Positions 17,878 to 28,378 of a stretch of DNA of 64,000 nucleotides are shown piece by piece. The DNA is taken from positions 186,001-250,000 of the IMG/VR virus record IMGVR_UViG_3300047994_000374, one strand, 5' to 3'. Numbering within the stretch: the stretch's first letter is position 1; each line of letters opens with the position of its first letter. The notes beneath the pieces are model-generated. The model was not told the origin of the DNA. It searched no databases and saw nothing but the letters and a program-made list of their open reading frames with translations. The position numbers were made by a program, and so were the translations under genes.

Positions 17878-20664
17878 TTAGCTTATTGAACTAAAACTAC
17901 CGACACCGATCGAAAGGTATACCCAGTTGAGAGGTTCGGCTGGGCTAATTTCTACGCTGATATCGTATTGTCTTGGATCAACCGTATCTTGCGAAACACT
18001 TAGATTTCTATATGCTATGATCAATCCTTGTGACACCAATGAATTCAAAAGAACAACTGCTTCAGTATTAAGAACTGCTCCAGTATCAACGGTTTGTGGC
18101 GTGCCAATGAAACCACTGAACCCTGCTCGTAAAACCTTTGCTACGCGGTCTCTAATAAAGACAACCGATATCTCTTGTTCCTCTGGAAAACCACTTTGTG
18201 AAGTTGTGATACCCCATACAACTTTACCGCCACCTGCGACCGGCTGAAGCGTCGTAACGCCTGCAGCTGCCAAAGTTTGAAGCGTTGCATTTGAGTACAT
18301 CTTATTACTAAGAATTGTAAATCCAGAGAATACTTTATTTGTGATTGGATTTTGAAGAATGATATCCGCTGACTCATATCCAGCAGCGGCGGCGGCGATA
18401 TAGAATCCATCAATCAAGACATTGTCCGAACCTGCTTGAACAACGATCTGATCGGGATAGAAATAAACTACACGATAAGTATCTCCATAAGCATTTGATA
18501 CAGAATAATTTGCCAAATCCTCAATATTGCCAGCGAGGATTTCAGTTACCGTATTACCTTGGATGCCTTCGAGAATACCGATGTTTTCAACGGCAGCTAA
18601 TTTTGCACCACTAAGATTATCTGGAGTTAATCCTGCAATTGCGCCTATAAACAATACGCGTTCTTTTCGATTAACTACATTGCTCATATCCTTTACATGA
18701 TTGACGCCATTTTGAAAAATAACGCTAATAGTTTGTAATGGAAGTGGAACAACGATATCACACTCAATCGTTTCGAGCGCAGCATAAGCGTTTTCCCAGC
18801 CAGCATCATAAAATGAAGCATCTCTTGAATCAACAATCGTAACTCGTAATTGATTGCCATTTGGAACAACATTTTTATTCACAACTAAGAAATTACTAAC
18901 TGCAGCTGTATTTAATACTTCGAAACGCAGATTAGTTTCACTTACAATTGCCTTCGCGATTGTAAGTGTATTCGTTCCCGTGTTATTTCCTAAAATATCA
19001 TAGAGACCGTTATTATGTGCCGATCCAGTAATTTTTAGCTTTAAAGTAGTTAATAGTCCTGCAAATCCGCTCCAAGTAACTGCCGTACTTGTTAAAGTAG
19101 CATGACCCGTGCCAATTAAATTAACTAATGATCCATCTGTACCTGGGCTACCTGCTACAACAAGTCCAGTAGTCGTATCGATAAGTTCGAAGGAAGTTCC
19201 GGATTGAGTTGTAAAATCACCGAAAGTCGTTGGACCAGTGGCATAAAGTTTTCCACTTGAAACTGCGGTTACAGTAAATGTTCCGATATTGGCGACGTTT
19301 GCTGAATCAATAATTTTAAGAGTGGTTCCAACATAACTTGCATCATAGGTAATTGAAGAGCTAAATATTCCTCGATTATTGAATGCTGGGTCTCGCGCAA
19401 TATAGCCATCAAAGCCCGTGACTAAATCTTCTAAACTCTGAATTACCGAGTAAGAGAATGACCAACCAGCAGGAGGCTGAAGATTAGATTGAATGAATTG
19501 ATCATTTGTTGGTTGTCCAACAGTTCCAAGCGTGAAGTATGGAAACTTATTTGGAAGTAATTGCGTTTCAACATTGGTCGTTGGATCAGTTACGAAAAAA
19601 TGAACATCTGAATCAAGATCTGGTTCAACGCCAAGTGGGAAAGGGAAAATAAAATCATCGTCATTGGTTGAAAGTGAATTAACTGCCGGATCAAGAACAT
19701 AAGAAGTCCGGCGTGGCAATGAAGGTGCCGCTTGAAGTGCAATTAGTGATGAGGCACCGTTTGCATAAAAGAGTTGGGCTCCGAGACTTAAAGGATTGGT
19801 AACTGCTGGTGATCCGAATTGATTAACTACTGCGCCAATACCTTGGGTAAGTGTTGGATTATTAAGATTAGCTACTGGAATTTCAGTCGTGGTAAGTGAG
19901 TCGCCACGATTAAGAACACCGCTATAAGTTTTAATCGTAAACCCATCACCTTGAACGAATGGTGAGACGGCAACTGACATCACTGTAGCTTCAGAAATTG
20001 CAAAGCTTAAAATTCCGTTTGAAACAACCTGACCATTTGCAACCCATCGAATAGGATTACCATTTGCGTCAAGTAATGATCCTGATACTGAACCAATTGC
20101 TAAGAAGGTTGCGGTTCCGGCGACTGGCTGATTCATGGCATTGCGTTGAACTGAAACGCAACGAATGGTCCAAATTTCGGCGGGCGCATTCTTATCAACA
20201 AGTGATAGTGCTGATAAATAACCGTCACCTACATTGGTTGAAAGGGGAACATAATTTGTTCCGCCTTGATCGACAAGATGTGCAGTTTGAAGGGCTAAGC
20301 GACCTTGAGTAATATCAATGGCGTAATCATAGGAGCTTGAAAATGAAGGATCCGTGTTATTGAGTGGCATTTCAATACCAACAAGAGGGATACCGTTCTT
20401 AAATACTGTCGTGCGATTTGAAATTAGTGGGAAGTTTTGGAGTTGAAAGTGTCTGCCGTCCGAGCCCGAAGTCGATGAATAGGAGATATTTAATCCGTCT
20501 AAACCATTTCCTTGAGCGGAGGGGACTACAATTTCGTTGGCAAGTCCTTCACCAATCATTGCGGTAACTCGACTGCCACCTGGAACACTTACTCCAGAAC
20601 CGATAGTGGTGCTGGTTGAATAGACGCCGGGTAAAGCATTTTGTGCACCATTTATATTCGCCAT
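17878..20664 (-). CDS. contractile tail sheath protein
   Basis: 928 aa. N-terminal PGVYS motif and C-terminal sheath signature (VVWGITT..EEQEISVVFIRDRV...DPRQYDISVEISPAEPLNWVYLSI). Confidence 0.9.
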   Translation of the reverse strand: MANINGAQNALPGVYSTSTTIGSGVSVPGGSRVTAMIGEGLANEIVVPSAQGNGLDGLNISYSSTSGSDGRHFQLQNFPLISNRTTVFKNGIPLVGIEMPLNNTDPSFSSSYDYAIDITQGRLALQTAHLVDQGGTNYVPLSTNVGDGYLSALSLVDKNAPAEIWTIRCVSVQRNAMNQPVAGTATFLAIGSVSGSLLDANGNPIRWVANGQVVSNGILSFAISEATVMSVAVSPFVQGDGFTIKTYSGVLNRGDSLTTTEIPVANLNNPTLTQGIGAVVNQFGSPAVTNPLSLGAQLFYANGASSLIALQAAPSLPRRTSYVLDPAVNSLSTNDDDFIFPFPLGVEPDLDSDVHFFVTDPTTNVETQLLPNKFPYFTLGTVGQPTNDQFIQSNLQPPAGWSFSYSVIQSLEDLVTGFDGYIARDPAFNNRGIFSSSITYDASYVGTTLKIIDSANVANIGTFTVTAVSSGKLYATGPTTFGDFTTQSGTSFELIDTTTGLVVAGSPGTDGSLVNLIGTGHATLTSTAVTWSGFAGLLTTLKLKITGSAHNNGLYDILGNNTGTNTLTIAKAIVSETNLRFEVLNTAAVSNFLVVNKNVVPNGNQLRVTIVDSRDASFYDAGWENAYAALETIECDIVVPLPLQTISVIFQNGVNHVKDMSNVVNRKERVLFIGAIAGLTPDNLSGAKLAAVENIGILEGIQGNTVTEILAGNIEDLANYSVSNAYGDTYRVVYFYPDQIVVQAGSDNVLIDGFYIAAAAAGYESADIILQNPITNKVFSGFTILSNKMYSNATLQTLAAAGVTTLQPVAGGGKVVWGITTSQSGFPEEQEISVVFIRDRVAKVLRAGFSGFIGTPQTVDTGAVLNTEAVVLLNSLVSQGLIIAYRNLSVSQDTVDPRQYDISVEISPAEPLNWVYLSIGVGSFSSIS

Positions 20665-20702
20665 GAAAAGTCCTTATTATTACTAAAAGTAGGTGGGTCG
20701 AT

Positions 20703-20710
20703 ATTATATC
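20703..20710 (-). promoter_or_regulatory. GATATAAT motif variant
   Basis: 38 nt upstream of the sheath ATG. Confidence 0.45.
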
Positions 20711-20780
20711 TTTTTATTCACTTATTTATTAAACTTTCTTATTTTACTGGCTATATATTAGGGGATTTTTATATTTCATT

Positions 20781-21608
20781 TCACATGCTTAAAATATTGT
20801 CTATTAGACTGACTTCCGTATTTATCGTCAAATTTGGGTCTGGGATGGCATTTGGATTATTAAAATCGACAAACTGAGCAGTAAATAATATACTATCTAT
20901 AACCGAATTGATTGGAATTTCGCGGCGCCATTCACTTCGTATATTTAGTGTTATAGTTTGCGAGAATAACTTATCATTTCGATCATCGGATTCAGTGGGA
21001 GTTCCAACTGACATGGGTTTTACAATTAATCCAACTTCATAAAGAGCATCAAAATTTACTTCTGTAAAACACATTCCAATCGCTTCAATTAAATCGTCCC
21101 TTGACCTCAAGCTTCGTGTCTTTACATCAATATATATGCTTCCTTCCCAGGCTCCTGCTGTTACGAAAGTAGATGGCGTGCGAATAAGTTTTTGATTCCC
21201 ATACCCATCTTCATAAAGAGTTTCAGAATAACTGACGGTTCCTTTATTTCGATTGATAGAAATCGGAACATAGGTAGTTCCGCCGTTTTTTACCAGAATG
21301 GATGGATAATAAATGCCATCATATCTATAATTTTCGCCAATAAATAAACGAGTTGATAGATTTGGAAATGGATTTAATTGTGGATTTGCACCTGGACCAG
21401 ATGGTAAATCTGCTCCTGGCAATAAATCGGTGTGATCTGTGGTGTTTGCGAATCCCCATTGATCTTTTGAAAAATGGTAGTAACTTGAGTGAGAAAAATA
21501 ATCTCTAAGAGTAGCAATAATAATTTCTTTAGGATAAACGATCATCGAATTTTGGATGATATTATGAATATCCGGTAAATCATCCTTGTAAAAATTATTC
21601 GTGCTCAT
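20781..21608 (-). CDS. tail completion/terminator-like protein
   Basis: 275 aa directly upstream of the sheath; YPSILVK...IDVKTRSLRSRDDL pattern. Call rests mainly on gene order. Confidence 0.45.
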   Translation of the reverse strand: MSTNNFYKDDLPDIHNIIQNSMIVYPKEIIIATLRDYFSHSSYYHFSKDQWGFANTTDHTDLLPGADLPSGPGANPQLNPFPNLSTRLFIGENYRYDGIYYPSILVKNGGTTYVPISINRNKGTVSYSETLYEDGYGNQKLIRTPSTFVTAGAWEGSIYIDVKTRSLRSRDDLIEAIGMCFTEVNFDALYEVGLIVKPMSVGTPTESDDRNDKLFSQTITLNIRSEWRREIPINSVIDSILFTAQFVDFNNPNAIPDPNLTINTEVSLIDNILSM

Positions 21609-24600
21609 TTACCACCTGTACTTAATAAATAGTGGTGAAAATATAACTTCAATTCCAGGATCACCCAAACGTGAATAGGATAAACAAATATTAACGGCTG
21701 ATGTTCCAGACTGTCCTGATACGAAATATCTGGATTGGTCAGTTCCTGGTACTCCATGTAATGTTTGATTTGTAAAATCTATCGTATTTACAATTGTTGG
21801 CGTGGTATTTAAAGCTCCAGCCAATACTATAACAGGAGCAGTAATTGAATTAGCCGGAATTATTACGTTGGTATCTTGTGTATTATTTGATGTGGTAAAA
21901 TAATCTAAATTAACATAACTCGAAGGATTGTTATAATGATATACCTCAATCAATAGGAAGGATCCCGCGGCAAATTGGGCTGCATAAGATTTAAAACCTA
22001 ACTGTAATAATACTGGTCTTGTGCCAATTGGAATTTTGGAATCTAATGTTTCTAACCAATTGAGATTAATTGTTTGACTTTCCGTTGTTGTTTGAGCATC
22101 ATGATAGCCAAGCGCTAGTGAATAAGATGCACCGCCGTTTGCGATGGCGCCTGGATTAAAGAAATATTTAGCGACGGGCGACGCACCTTGTCCTGCTGGA
22201 ATAGCTATTTGATAGCCGTCAAGCTGATAACCTTTTAATGGAATCGATAAGTATCCTGTTTGATTTTTATTATTTGTGACAGTCCAATTAAATGCGTTCG
22301 GATTAACTGTATTGTATTTAACTACAGCTTCAGTCCTTAAATTATTATCTGTATTAAGTGTAGCATTATCACAAAATGGACTATCAAAAATATTTCCGGT
22401 AACAATTCCTTTAGATTCAAAACCATTCCATGATTGAGCTTGTACGGATAAAGTATCATAGTTTGCAAATAATACATATGAAGATACTGTCTTTCCATTT
22501 CTGTATATTTTGTTACCAGTGATTATATTATTAAGTCCGCTTACTAATATTAAATTTCCCAAGTTGGATGTTTCTGCAACTCCCTTTAAATTATTATTTT
22601 GAATGGTACAAGACCCTTGAGAAAATATATATCCAAGTGCATACTGATAATTGAAATTGAGTCCGCTGCTTAACCAATATCCTGTTGCAGTGATATTAGA
22701 GGAAATATTAATAGCTGAATCGTTTCCTTCGCCGGGAAGTTGTGCAGATGGAATGCTTGCCCTATTAGTTCCTACGAAAATTGCATAATTTGTCGATAAG
22801 TTCGCGCCCAAAGCAGGGAGAAGCGGCGAACCAAATGGATTAGGATACGGATTATAAATAGCATTTACATAACCGTCTGCATTTGAGTATCCATCTTTAA
22901 AAGAAGTTATGTAATTTATATCGTAAGCAACCAGATAGTTATTGTTAATATCTATAGAGCTTGTCTCTTCAAATGAAATTCCAGTATGTATCCAATTACA
23001 AGAGTTATTTTTAATATTTACATAACCTGTTGGATAAGCGCAAAAGTTTGTAGATACTCCTGCTACAATTTTAGATGGCAAAAAATAAGTTGCGGTGTGA
23101 TCTAGGCTCGCAATATAATGACAAGTGTTATTTGTAATATTTAATCCGGTTGTTTTGTCACTTGCTGGATTTACATTTGGTGGCGTAGAAATCGTTCGTA
23201 ATCCTGACGATGTCCAATGCCCAATCGTGCCGCAGGTATTATTTGATACTTGCCCATTTTTAACCGACAAGCCTGGATATACCATATTCCCACTTCCATT
23301 TGTTTTGGAAGTTAAAAGAATGGATTGATTTCGATTACATGAGTTATTGCTAATCGTTAAGTTTTGAGCAATTGGCTGCGCAACGGTTGAAATAGATGCT
23401 GGTGAAGTATTGATAATTGCAATTGCGGGGCGAACATCTTCAATAGATGAAGAAGTGTTATTGCTTCTGAATTGGCAATTTGTTATTTGAGTATTGCTGA
23501 GAATAGATGAGTTTGTTGTTAATTCAAAATTAATAAAACTAAATCTATGATAGCCGGCAGTAGGCGAGGGTTGATTGCATGTAAAAATAACACGATCAAT
23601 AATAATTTGATCAAGTGTGCCAGCAACATTAGAATAAATGCAACCTCTCCCCGTATTTACTAAATCTCCTCCAGCAATTGGCAATGCCGTGTTATATGTG
23701 ACAGATGGAAGACCGTCAATGGCGCCCAATGGATCGGTTGGAGCTAATCCTGATACTGTGTAAGAATCCGCCGTTCCTGAGCCATTATATGGTGTGTACG
23801 TGGATGTTACAACGATATTTTGTATAAACATATTGCTAGAATTTGTATTTCTAACAAACTGATTAAAATTACCACTAAACCCTGAATTAATCAATTTAAA
23901 TCCAGGGCTATTACGAATAATAAATACATCGCCAGGAACACTAACGCCTTGGGAAACCACATAAGTGACAGTAAGCGCTTGGCAATTTTCATAAGTAAAG
24001 CCAGTTGTATTTGTAACATAGAATACAGCTCCGCCTGTGAAGGTCGGACCGGCAATATTTGTATAATTGATAGTAAAATTACATCCATCAATTTTAATGT
24101 TAGCACAATTATTAATATTAAATGTTATATTATTTCCCGCGGGCGTTCCACTTGATGGATTATTAACTATGATGTTGCAGTTAATGAGATTAATATTTGA
24201 AGCTGCATTATCTACCGTGACTCCGCCATTAAAAATAATTGTTGTATTTTTAATTGTTAGATTAGATCCTAATGAAACAAATCCATTCATCGTTAGGGTG
24301 GCGTTATTTTCACCATCAATAAGGACTGAATTTAAATCTAATGAAGTGGATACGGTTCCATTTGTAGAATTTGCACCCTTTACAATGGCTACACTATTGA
24401 AAGTATTATTGTACTTAATCCAATTGAATATTGCTGATGCGTTTTTAAAATTACCTTGTGCCTTACCTGTCGTCAATTGAAGTGGTAAATTTGTATCACC
24501 ATCATTTATATATTTGCGAACATCATTTAAGCTCAAACTGATAGATGCTGGCGTAGATCCTGCTGGCGGAATAACGGTAGCAGCAATAATATAAAGTGGT

Positions 24601-27600
24601 GTTAAATCTTTACGATTGTTAATTAAATCCGAAAAGGTGGTCGCATCAGCTAAATAAGTAGATCCATTATTTACATTTATTAAGCTCACTAATCTTGTAG
24701 GATTATTTGGAGTGCTTAATGCGGGATCAAAATCCAATAAAGGTATAGGCTGATATTCACTTTTATCATTAACACAAAGCAACCAATTTATATTAAATAG
24801 TGAGCTTGCGTAATTTTCTTTAACCAATGGAATGGTCACCGTGTCGGCGTTCATTTGGATAAATTTGCCGTTTGATAATACTAAACCGCCGGTAAGATAA
24901 ATTTGCGATGAAACTGGATTTGTTGCTCCATTTGAATCTAAATCAAATCCACGAATAATACCATTGCCGTGTAATAGTTTTTCGGGCAATGATAAATAGG
25001 ATAGCGCCGATGTACTTAATTCTTCTTCACTAATATTCCCGAACTGTCTTTGATCAAGAAAATGATCAACTAAATTGCTACTGTCATTTAGCTGACAGGA
25101 AGACAATAACATTAACTCTTCGTCCAATGAAAGCGTTGGAAATAATTGGAAATCAATTGGCGTTGGAGATGAAATGGTGTGTATGTTTGCATTGACATTT
25201 AAATCAAATACAACATCAATATAATCAACATTTGTTTCATCATAAAAACGAGTAACTTGACCGCGTTTCCCGAATGTTAATGGACCGCAGTTTAGATAAT
25301 TCGTTCCATTATAATTTGCTAAATAGCCATCATAAATTCCCGAAGCTGAATCATATGAACTCATTAAAAGAGTTATTTTATTTGTAAATCCAAATTGATA
25401 ACCCCTTAATTTTGGAGAGATGCGAATAAAATTCATTTGATTTAACGACGAATCTGTAAATAGTGGGACTGTACCATTCACCATTCCTGGATTTGACCCC
25501 AAGAACATTCGACCTCGCTCGTGTGTAAATGTTTCACCGTTTTGATTTACATAAACCTCGAAGTGTCGTTTAAATGGTCCAATAGAGCTGGAGTCAGTTG
25601 CGCTTTCCAAATTAAATGAAACGCTATCTGAGTTAAAATAAATAGCCACTTGTGTTCCCACAGGGGCAACTGAAAATGGAGATATACCGGTTGCATGAAC
25701 TCCGTCATAAACCGTTATTCTTGTTCCAATAGCAAGTGAAGGGCTACAATCAACAAACTCAATATCTTCAATAATAAATCTACCATAATCTGTTAATCCA
25801 GTGCCACCTAAAGATTGAACGACAAGTGTTTTACCAATTTTAAGATTGGATGCTGATAGATCGAGCGGAATAAAATAAGTAACTGGCACTCTACCGACAA
25901 CAGGTCCTGGAATAGCGGTATAACCATCGATAGTAGCTTCCCAATAACCATCACCATAGCCGTCTATTATTTGACCAACTTCTAAAGTCAATCTTTCTTT
26001 TTCCGCGCCGTCAACATAATAATTATTTCGCTTTAATGGAACGAATAGTTTGGTTGGAACTAATGCGGACTGCGCCGATCCATATGAAGCCATGTAAGGT
26101 GGGCTTGCCATATTTCCCGTAGTTGGTCCGAAACCAAGAGGATCGTTTGGAGCCGCATATCCATCTGGAAATACATCTACAACATTGTTTGTAAAATTAA
26201 TTGCAGTGCCAGTGGGGTCATACGCACCTAATAAATTTACGACACCACTAAGAATTGAGAAACTCGCGTTATTATATGAATCTGCTAACATTACGCCAAA
26301 TTGACCTTCAAAGGAAAATGCGGTAAAACGATAATTGAATCCGGGCATACGAAATGCGTTATTTGTTGCATTTACTACACTGCTTAAAGTATAAGACCCT
26401 GGCGTTGTCCCTTGATTTCCAGTAACATCAATCGAAGGAAGTATGACATACCCATCATTCGGATTTCCGGTAGGATAAAGAGCTAAGTACAACGCATAGT
26501 GTGAGCTATCTAATTGATCTGGATTAAAACCTACGCCTAAAGCCTGTGCGGCTCGTGGACTTGACACAATTAAGCTTGAAATTGGTGAAGTCGTATTATT
26601 TGGAGTATTTCGAACTGGATAATTTGCAGCAGCAGTTGAAAGAACACCATATTTATTGATATTATAAAGCGGTCGATCAATTCGTGCTGTTGCGGTAGTT
26701 GTGTAAAGTAAATTTTTACCAGCAATTCTTACTACGAAATTTTTGTTTGAGCCGCTTTGAGTATAAAGTTTTTCTTTAATTACAAATTGCGTTTCAACTG
26801 TTCCATAATTAATTCTTAAAATGTCACCCGACTTAACTTGTGCGAATTTGGCATCAAAAGTATTTGCAGTTAAATCTGCAGATGATGGTTGAAATTCAAT
26901 AAGATCATCTCCGCCAGAAGTGCCAGTAAATATAGAATCAACAGGGTAACTCGCAGCGCCGTTGGATCGTAAGAATGCTGTAACTGCAGTAACTGGAACA
27001 ACCGCCTGACCATAACCATCTGTATTTAAAGTAGAAGAGCTTGATTTACGAGAAATGCCATTTGAATAAAGATTTTGAATTCTGGTTCCATAAAGAAATA
27101 TTCCAGAGCTATCAATATAATCTGCGAAAGTTTGAATATCTTGAACAGTTTGCGGAATGGTTACGAAACCGCCACTTTGTAAATAAATACCACTAGCAGT
27201 GTGCCCATAATTTGAAGGATATGTTGACCCATTATTTGTGAAAACATTTTGAATGGCACCGAAAGGAGATCCATCTGCCCATTGATGCGATAAAAATTCT
27301 GAGTTTAAATCATTGATCGCTGTATATGCATTACTATTATCTCTCGCAGATCTAAATTTATTATTTAAGAATTGCGCAGTCTGATCGGCAACATCGATAG
27401 CTGATAAAGTATGTCGATAGAAAGCTCCCATCAAGTGAGGTTCTAATTTAGTGCCCGTTACTGATATCCATCCAGAAACAGAATTTACCCCTCTTGACAA
27501 TTCTAAAATATAATTATAAAGATCTATTGTTTTATAATCTAAAGATAATTTAGATTCTGGAATTTGTGCATTATCAATGATTTGACTATTAGTGATTGGA

Positions 27601-27845
27601 AGTGTAACAAGTCCAAGCGTAGTCAAAGCTGATGAACGAATATAGCCGTCTGGTCCAATGCTTACGCCCAGTCGAGCAGCAATAGACCCCGAAGAACCGG
27701 ACCCGCCTAAACCAACTTCATGTTCAATATTGAAAATTGCATCTCTCACCGCATTGATTGACTCTTCACCTAAATCAGTTATGTTATCATTAATTGGCGG
27801 TAAATTGCTGTCATCATCATAGGCGTTTGGAAAATTTGAACTCAT
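21609..27845 (-). CDS. large tail fibre/tailspike-like protein with parallel beta-helix-like region
   Basis: 2078 aa, Asn-rich, with repeats such as ISNNSCN, VSNNTCG, ITNNTCH, IKNNSCN and ITGNKI in the C-terminal half. Confidence 0.65.
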   Translation of the reverse strand: MSSNFPNAYDDDSNLPPINDNITDLGEESINAVRDAIFNIEHEVGLGGSGSSGSIAARLGVSIGPDGYIRSSALTTLGLVTLPITNSQIIDNAQIPESKLSLDYKTIDLYNYILELSRGVNSVSGWISVTGTKLEPHLMGAFYRHTLSAIDVADQTAQFLNNKFRSARDNSNAYTAINDLNSEFLSHQWADGSPFGAIQNVFTNNGSTYPSNYGHTASGIYLQSGGFVTIPQTVQDIQTFADYIDSSGIFLYGTRIQNLYSNGISRKSSSSTLNTDGYGQAVVPVTAVTAFLRSNGAASYPVDSIFTGTSGGDDLIEFQPSSADLTANTFDAKFAQVKSGDILRINYGTVETQFVIKEKLYTQSGSNKNFVVRIAGKNLLYTTTATARIDRPLYNINKYGVLSTAAANYPVRNTPNNTTSPISSLIVSSPRAAQALGVGFNPDQLDSSHYALYLALYPTGNPNDGYVILPSIDVTGNQGTTPGSYTLSSVVNATNNAFRMPGFNYRFTAFSFEGQFGVMLADSYNNASFSILSGVVNLLGAYDPTGTAINFTNNVVDVFPDGYAAPNDPLGFGPTTGNMASPPYMASYGSAQSALVPTKLFVPLKRNNYYVDGAEKERLTLEVGQIIDGYGDGYWEATIDGYTAIPGPVVGRVPVTYFIPLDLSASNLKIGKTLVVQSLGGTGLTDYGRFIIEDIEFVDCSPSLAIGTRITVYDGVHATGISPFSVAPVGTQVAIYFNSDSVSFNLESATDSSSIGPFKRHFEVYVNQNGETFTHERGRMFLGSNPGMVNGTVPLFTDSSLNQMNFIRISPKLRGYQFGFTNKITLLMSSYDSASGIYDGYLANYNGTNYLNCGPLTFGKRGQVTRFYDETNVDYIDVVFDLNVNANIHTISSPTPIDFQLFPTLSLDEELMLLSSCQLNDSSNLVDHFLDQRQFGNISEEELSTSALSYLSLPEKLLHGNGIIRGFDLDSNGATNPVSSQIYLTGGLVLSNGKFIQMNADTVTIPLVKENYASSLFNINWLLCVNDKSEYQPIPLLDFDPALSTPNNPTRLVSLINVNNGSTYLADATTFSDLINNRKDLTPLYIIAATVIPPAGSTPASISLSLNDVRKYINDGDTNLPLQLTTGKAQGNFKNASAIFNWIKYNNTFNSVAIVKGANSTNGTVSTSLDLNSVLIDGENNATLTMNGFVSLGSNLTIKNTTIIFNGGVTVDNAASNINLINCNIIVNNPSSGTPAGNNITFNINNCANIKIDGCNFTINYTNIAGPTFTGGAVFYVTNTTGFTYENCQALTVTYVVSQGVSVPGDVFIIRNSPGFKLINSGFSGNFNQFVRNTNSSNMFIQNIVVTSTYTPYNGSGTADSYTVSGLAPTDPLGAIDGLPSVTYNTALPIAGGDLVNTGRGCIYSNVAGTLDQIIIDRVIFTCNQPSPTAGYHRFSFINFELTTNSSILSNTQITNCQFRSNNTSSSIEDVRPAIAIINTSPASISTVAQPIAQNLTISNNSCNRNQSILLTSKTNGSGNMVYPGLSVKNGQVSNNTCGTIGHWTSSGLRTISTPPNVNPASDKTTGLNITNNTCHYIASLDHTATYFLPSKIVAGVSTNFCAYPTGYVNIKNNSCNWIHTGISFEETSSIDINNNYLVAYDINYITSFKDGYSNADGYVNAIYNPYPNPFGSPLLPALGANLSTNYAIFVGTNRASIPSAQLPGEGNDSAINISSNITATGYWLSSGLNFNYQYALGYIFSQGSCTIQNNNLKGVAETSNLGNLILVSGLNNIITGNKIYRNGKTVSSYVLFANYDTLSVQAQSWNGFESKGIVTGNIFDSPFCDNATLNTDNNLRTEAVVKYNTVNPNAFNWTVTNNKNQTGYLSIPLKGYQLDGYQIAIPAGQGASPVAKYFFNPGAIANGGASYSLALGYHDAQTTTESQTINLNWLETLDSKIPIGTRPVLLQLGFKSYAAQFAAGSFLLIEVYHYNNPSSYVNLDYFTTSNNTQDTNVIIPANSITAPVIVLAGALNTTPTIVNTIDFTNQTLHGVPGTDQSRYFVSGQSGTSAVNICLSYSRLGDPGIEVIFSPLFIKYRW

Positions 27846-28345
27846 TGCTGCCCTCGATTTGGAAGCTGATCTTGTGGGATATTATCACCGCTGGCTGGCA
27901 CGCTATTTACTTGGATCTGTTGCGTCGTTGTGCTCGCCGGAGTTTGAACAATAGTTGTAGTCGTTGTATTTACTGCTGGAAGTGCCGCCTGAACATCCTG
28001 AATTACTGATGTAATTTTAGATGCTAATATTGAATTTAAAACACGATAAAGAATTCCGGAAACCGAACCCGCGACCAAACCAAAAATTATCCGACTACTT
28101 GCGCTAGTTAATCCATTAGGATATGGAAAACTTGTAATAAAAAAAGCAAATACTGTTCCTACAAAAATTGGAAGTAGTGGCAATATAATTTCTCGCCAAG
28201 CTTTCATTTTGCTATTTACTCTTGGTAATGTTGGCGAATCTAATATGTATTCAACAATAGTTCGAATAACCCATACAACTGTGGCGATCGCTAAGCTAAA
28301 TAGCATAAATTGCCAGCTCAAAAGTGTTTGTAAAATTGGGTCCAA
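27842..28345 (-). CDS. membrane protein with three predicted TM helices (holin-like)
   Basis: 167 aa, TTG start with GGAG SD, three hydrophobic segments and a Thr/Gln-rich polar tail. Confidence 0.5.
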   Translation of the reverse strand: MDPILQTLLSWQFMLFSLAIATVVWVIRTIVEYILDSPTLPRVNSKMKAWREIILPLLPIFVGTVFAFFITSFPYPNGLTSASSRIIFGLVAGSVSGILYRVLNSILASKITSVIQDVQAALPAVNTTTTTIVQTPASTTTQQIQVNSVPASGDNIPQDQLPNRGQQ

Positions 28346-28378
28346 AGCAACTCCTATGTAATATGCGGAATTATTATA

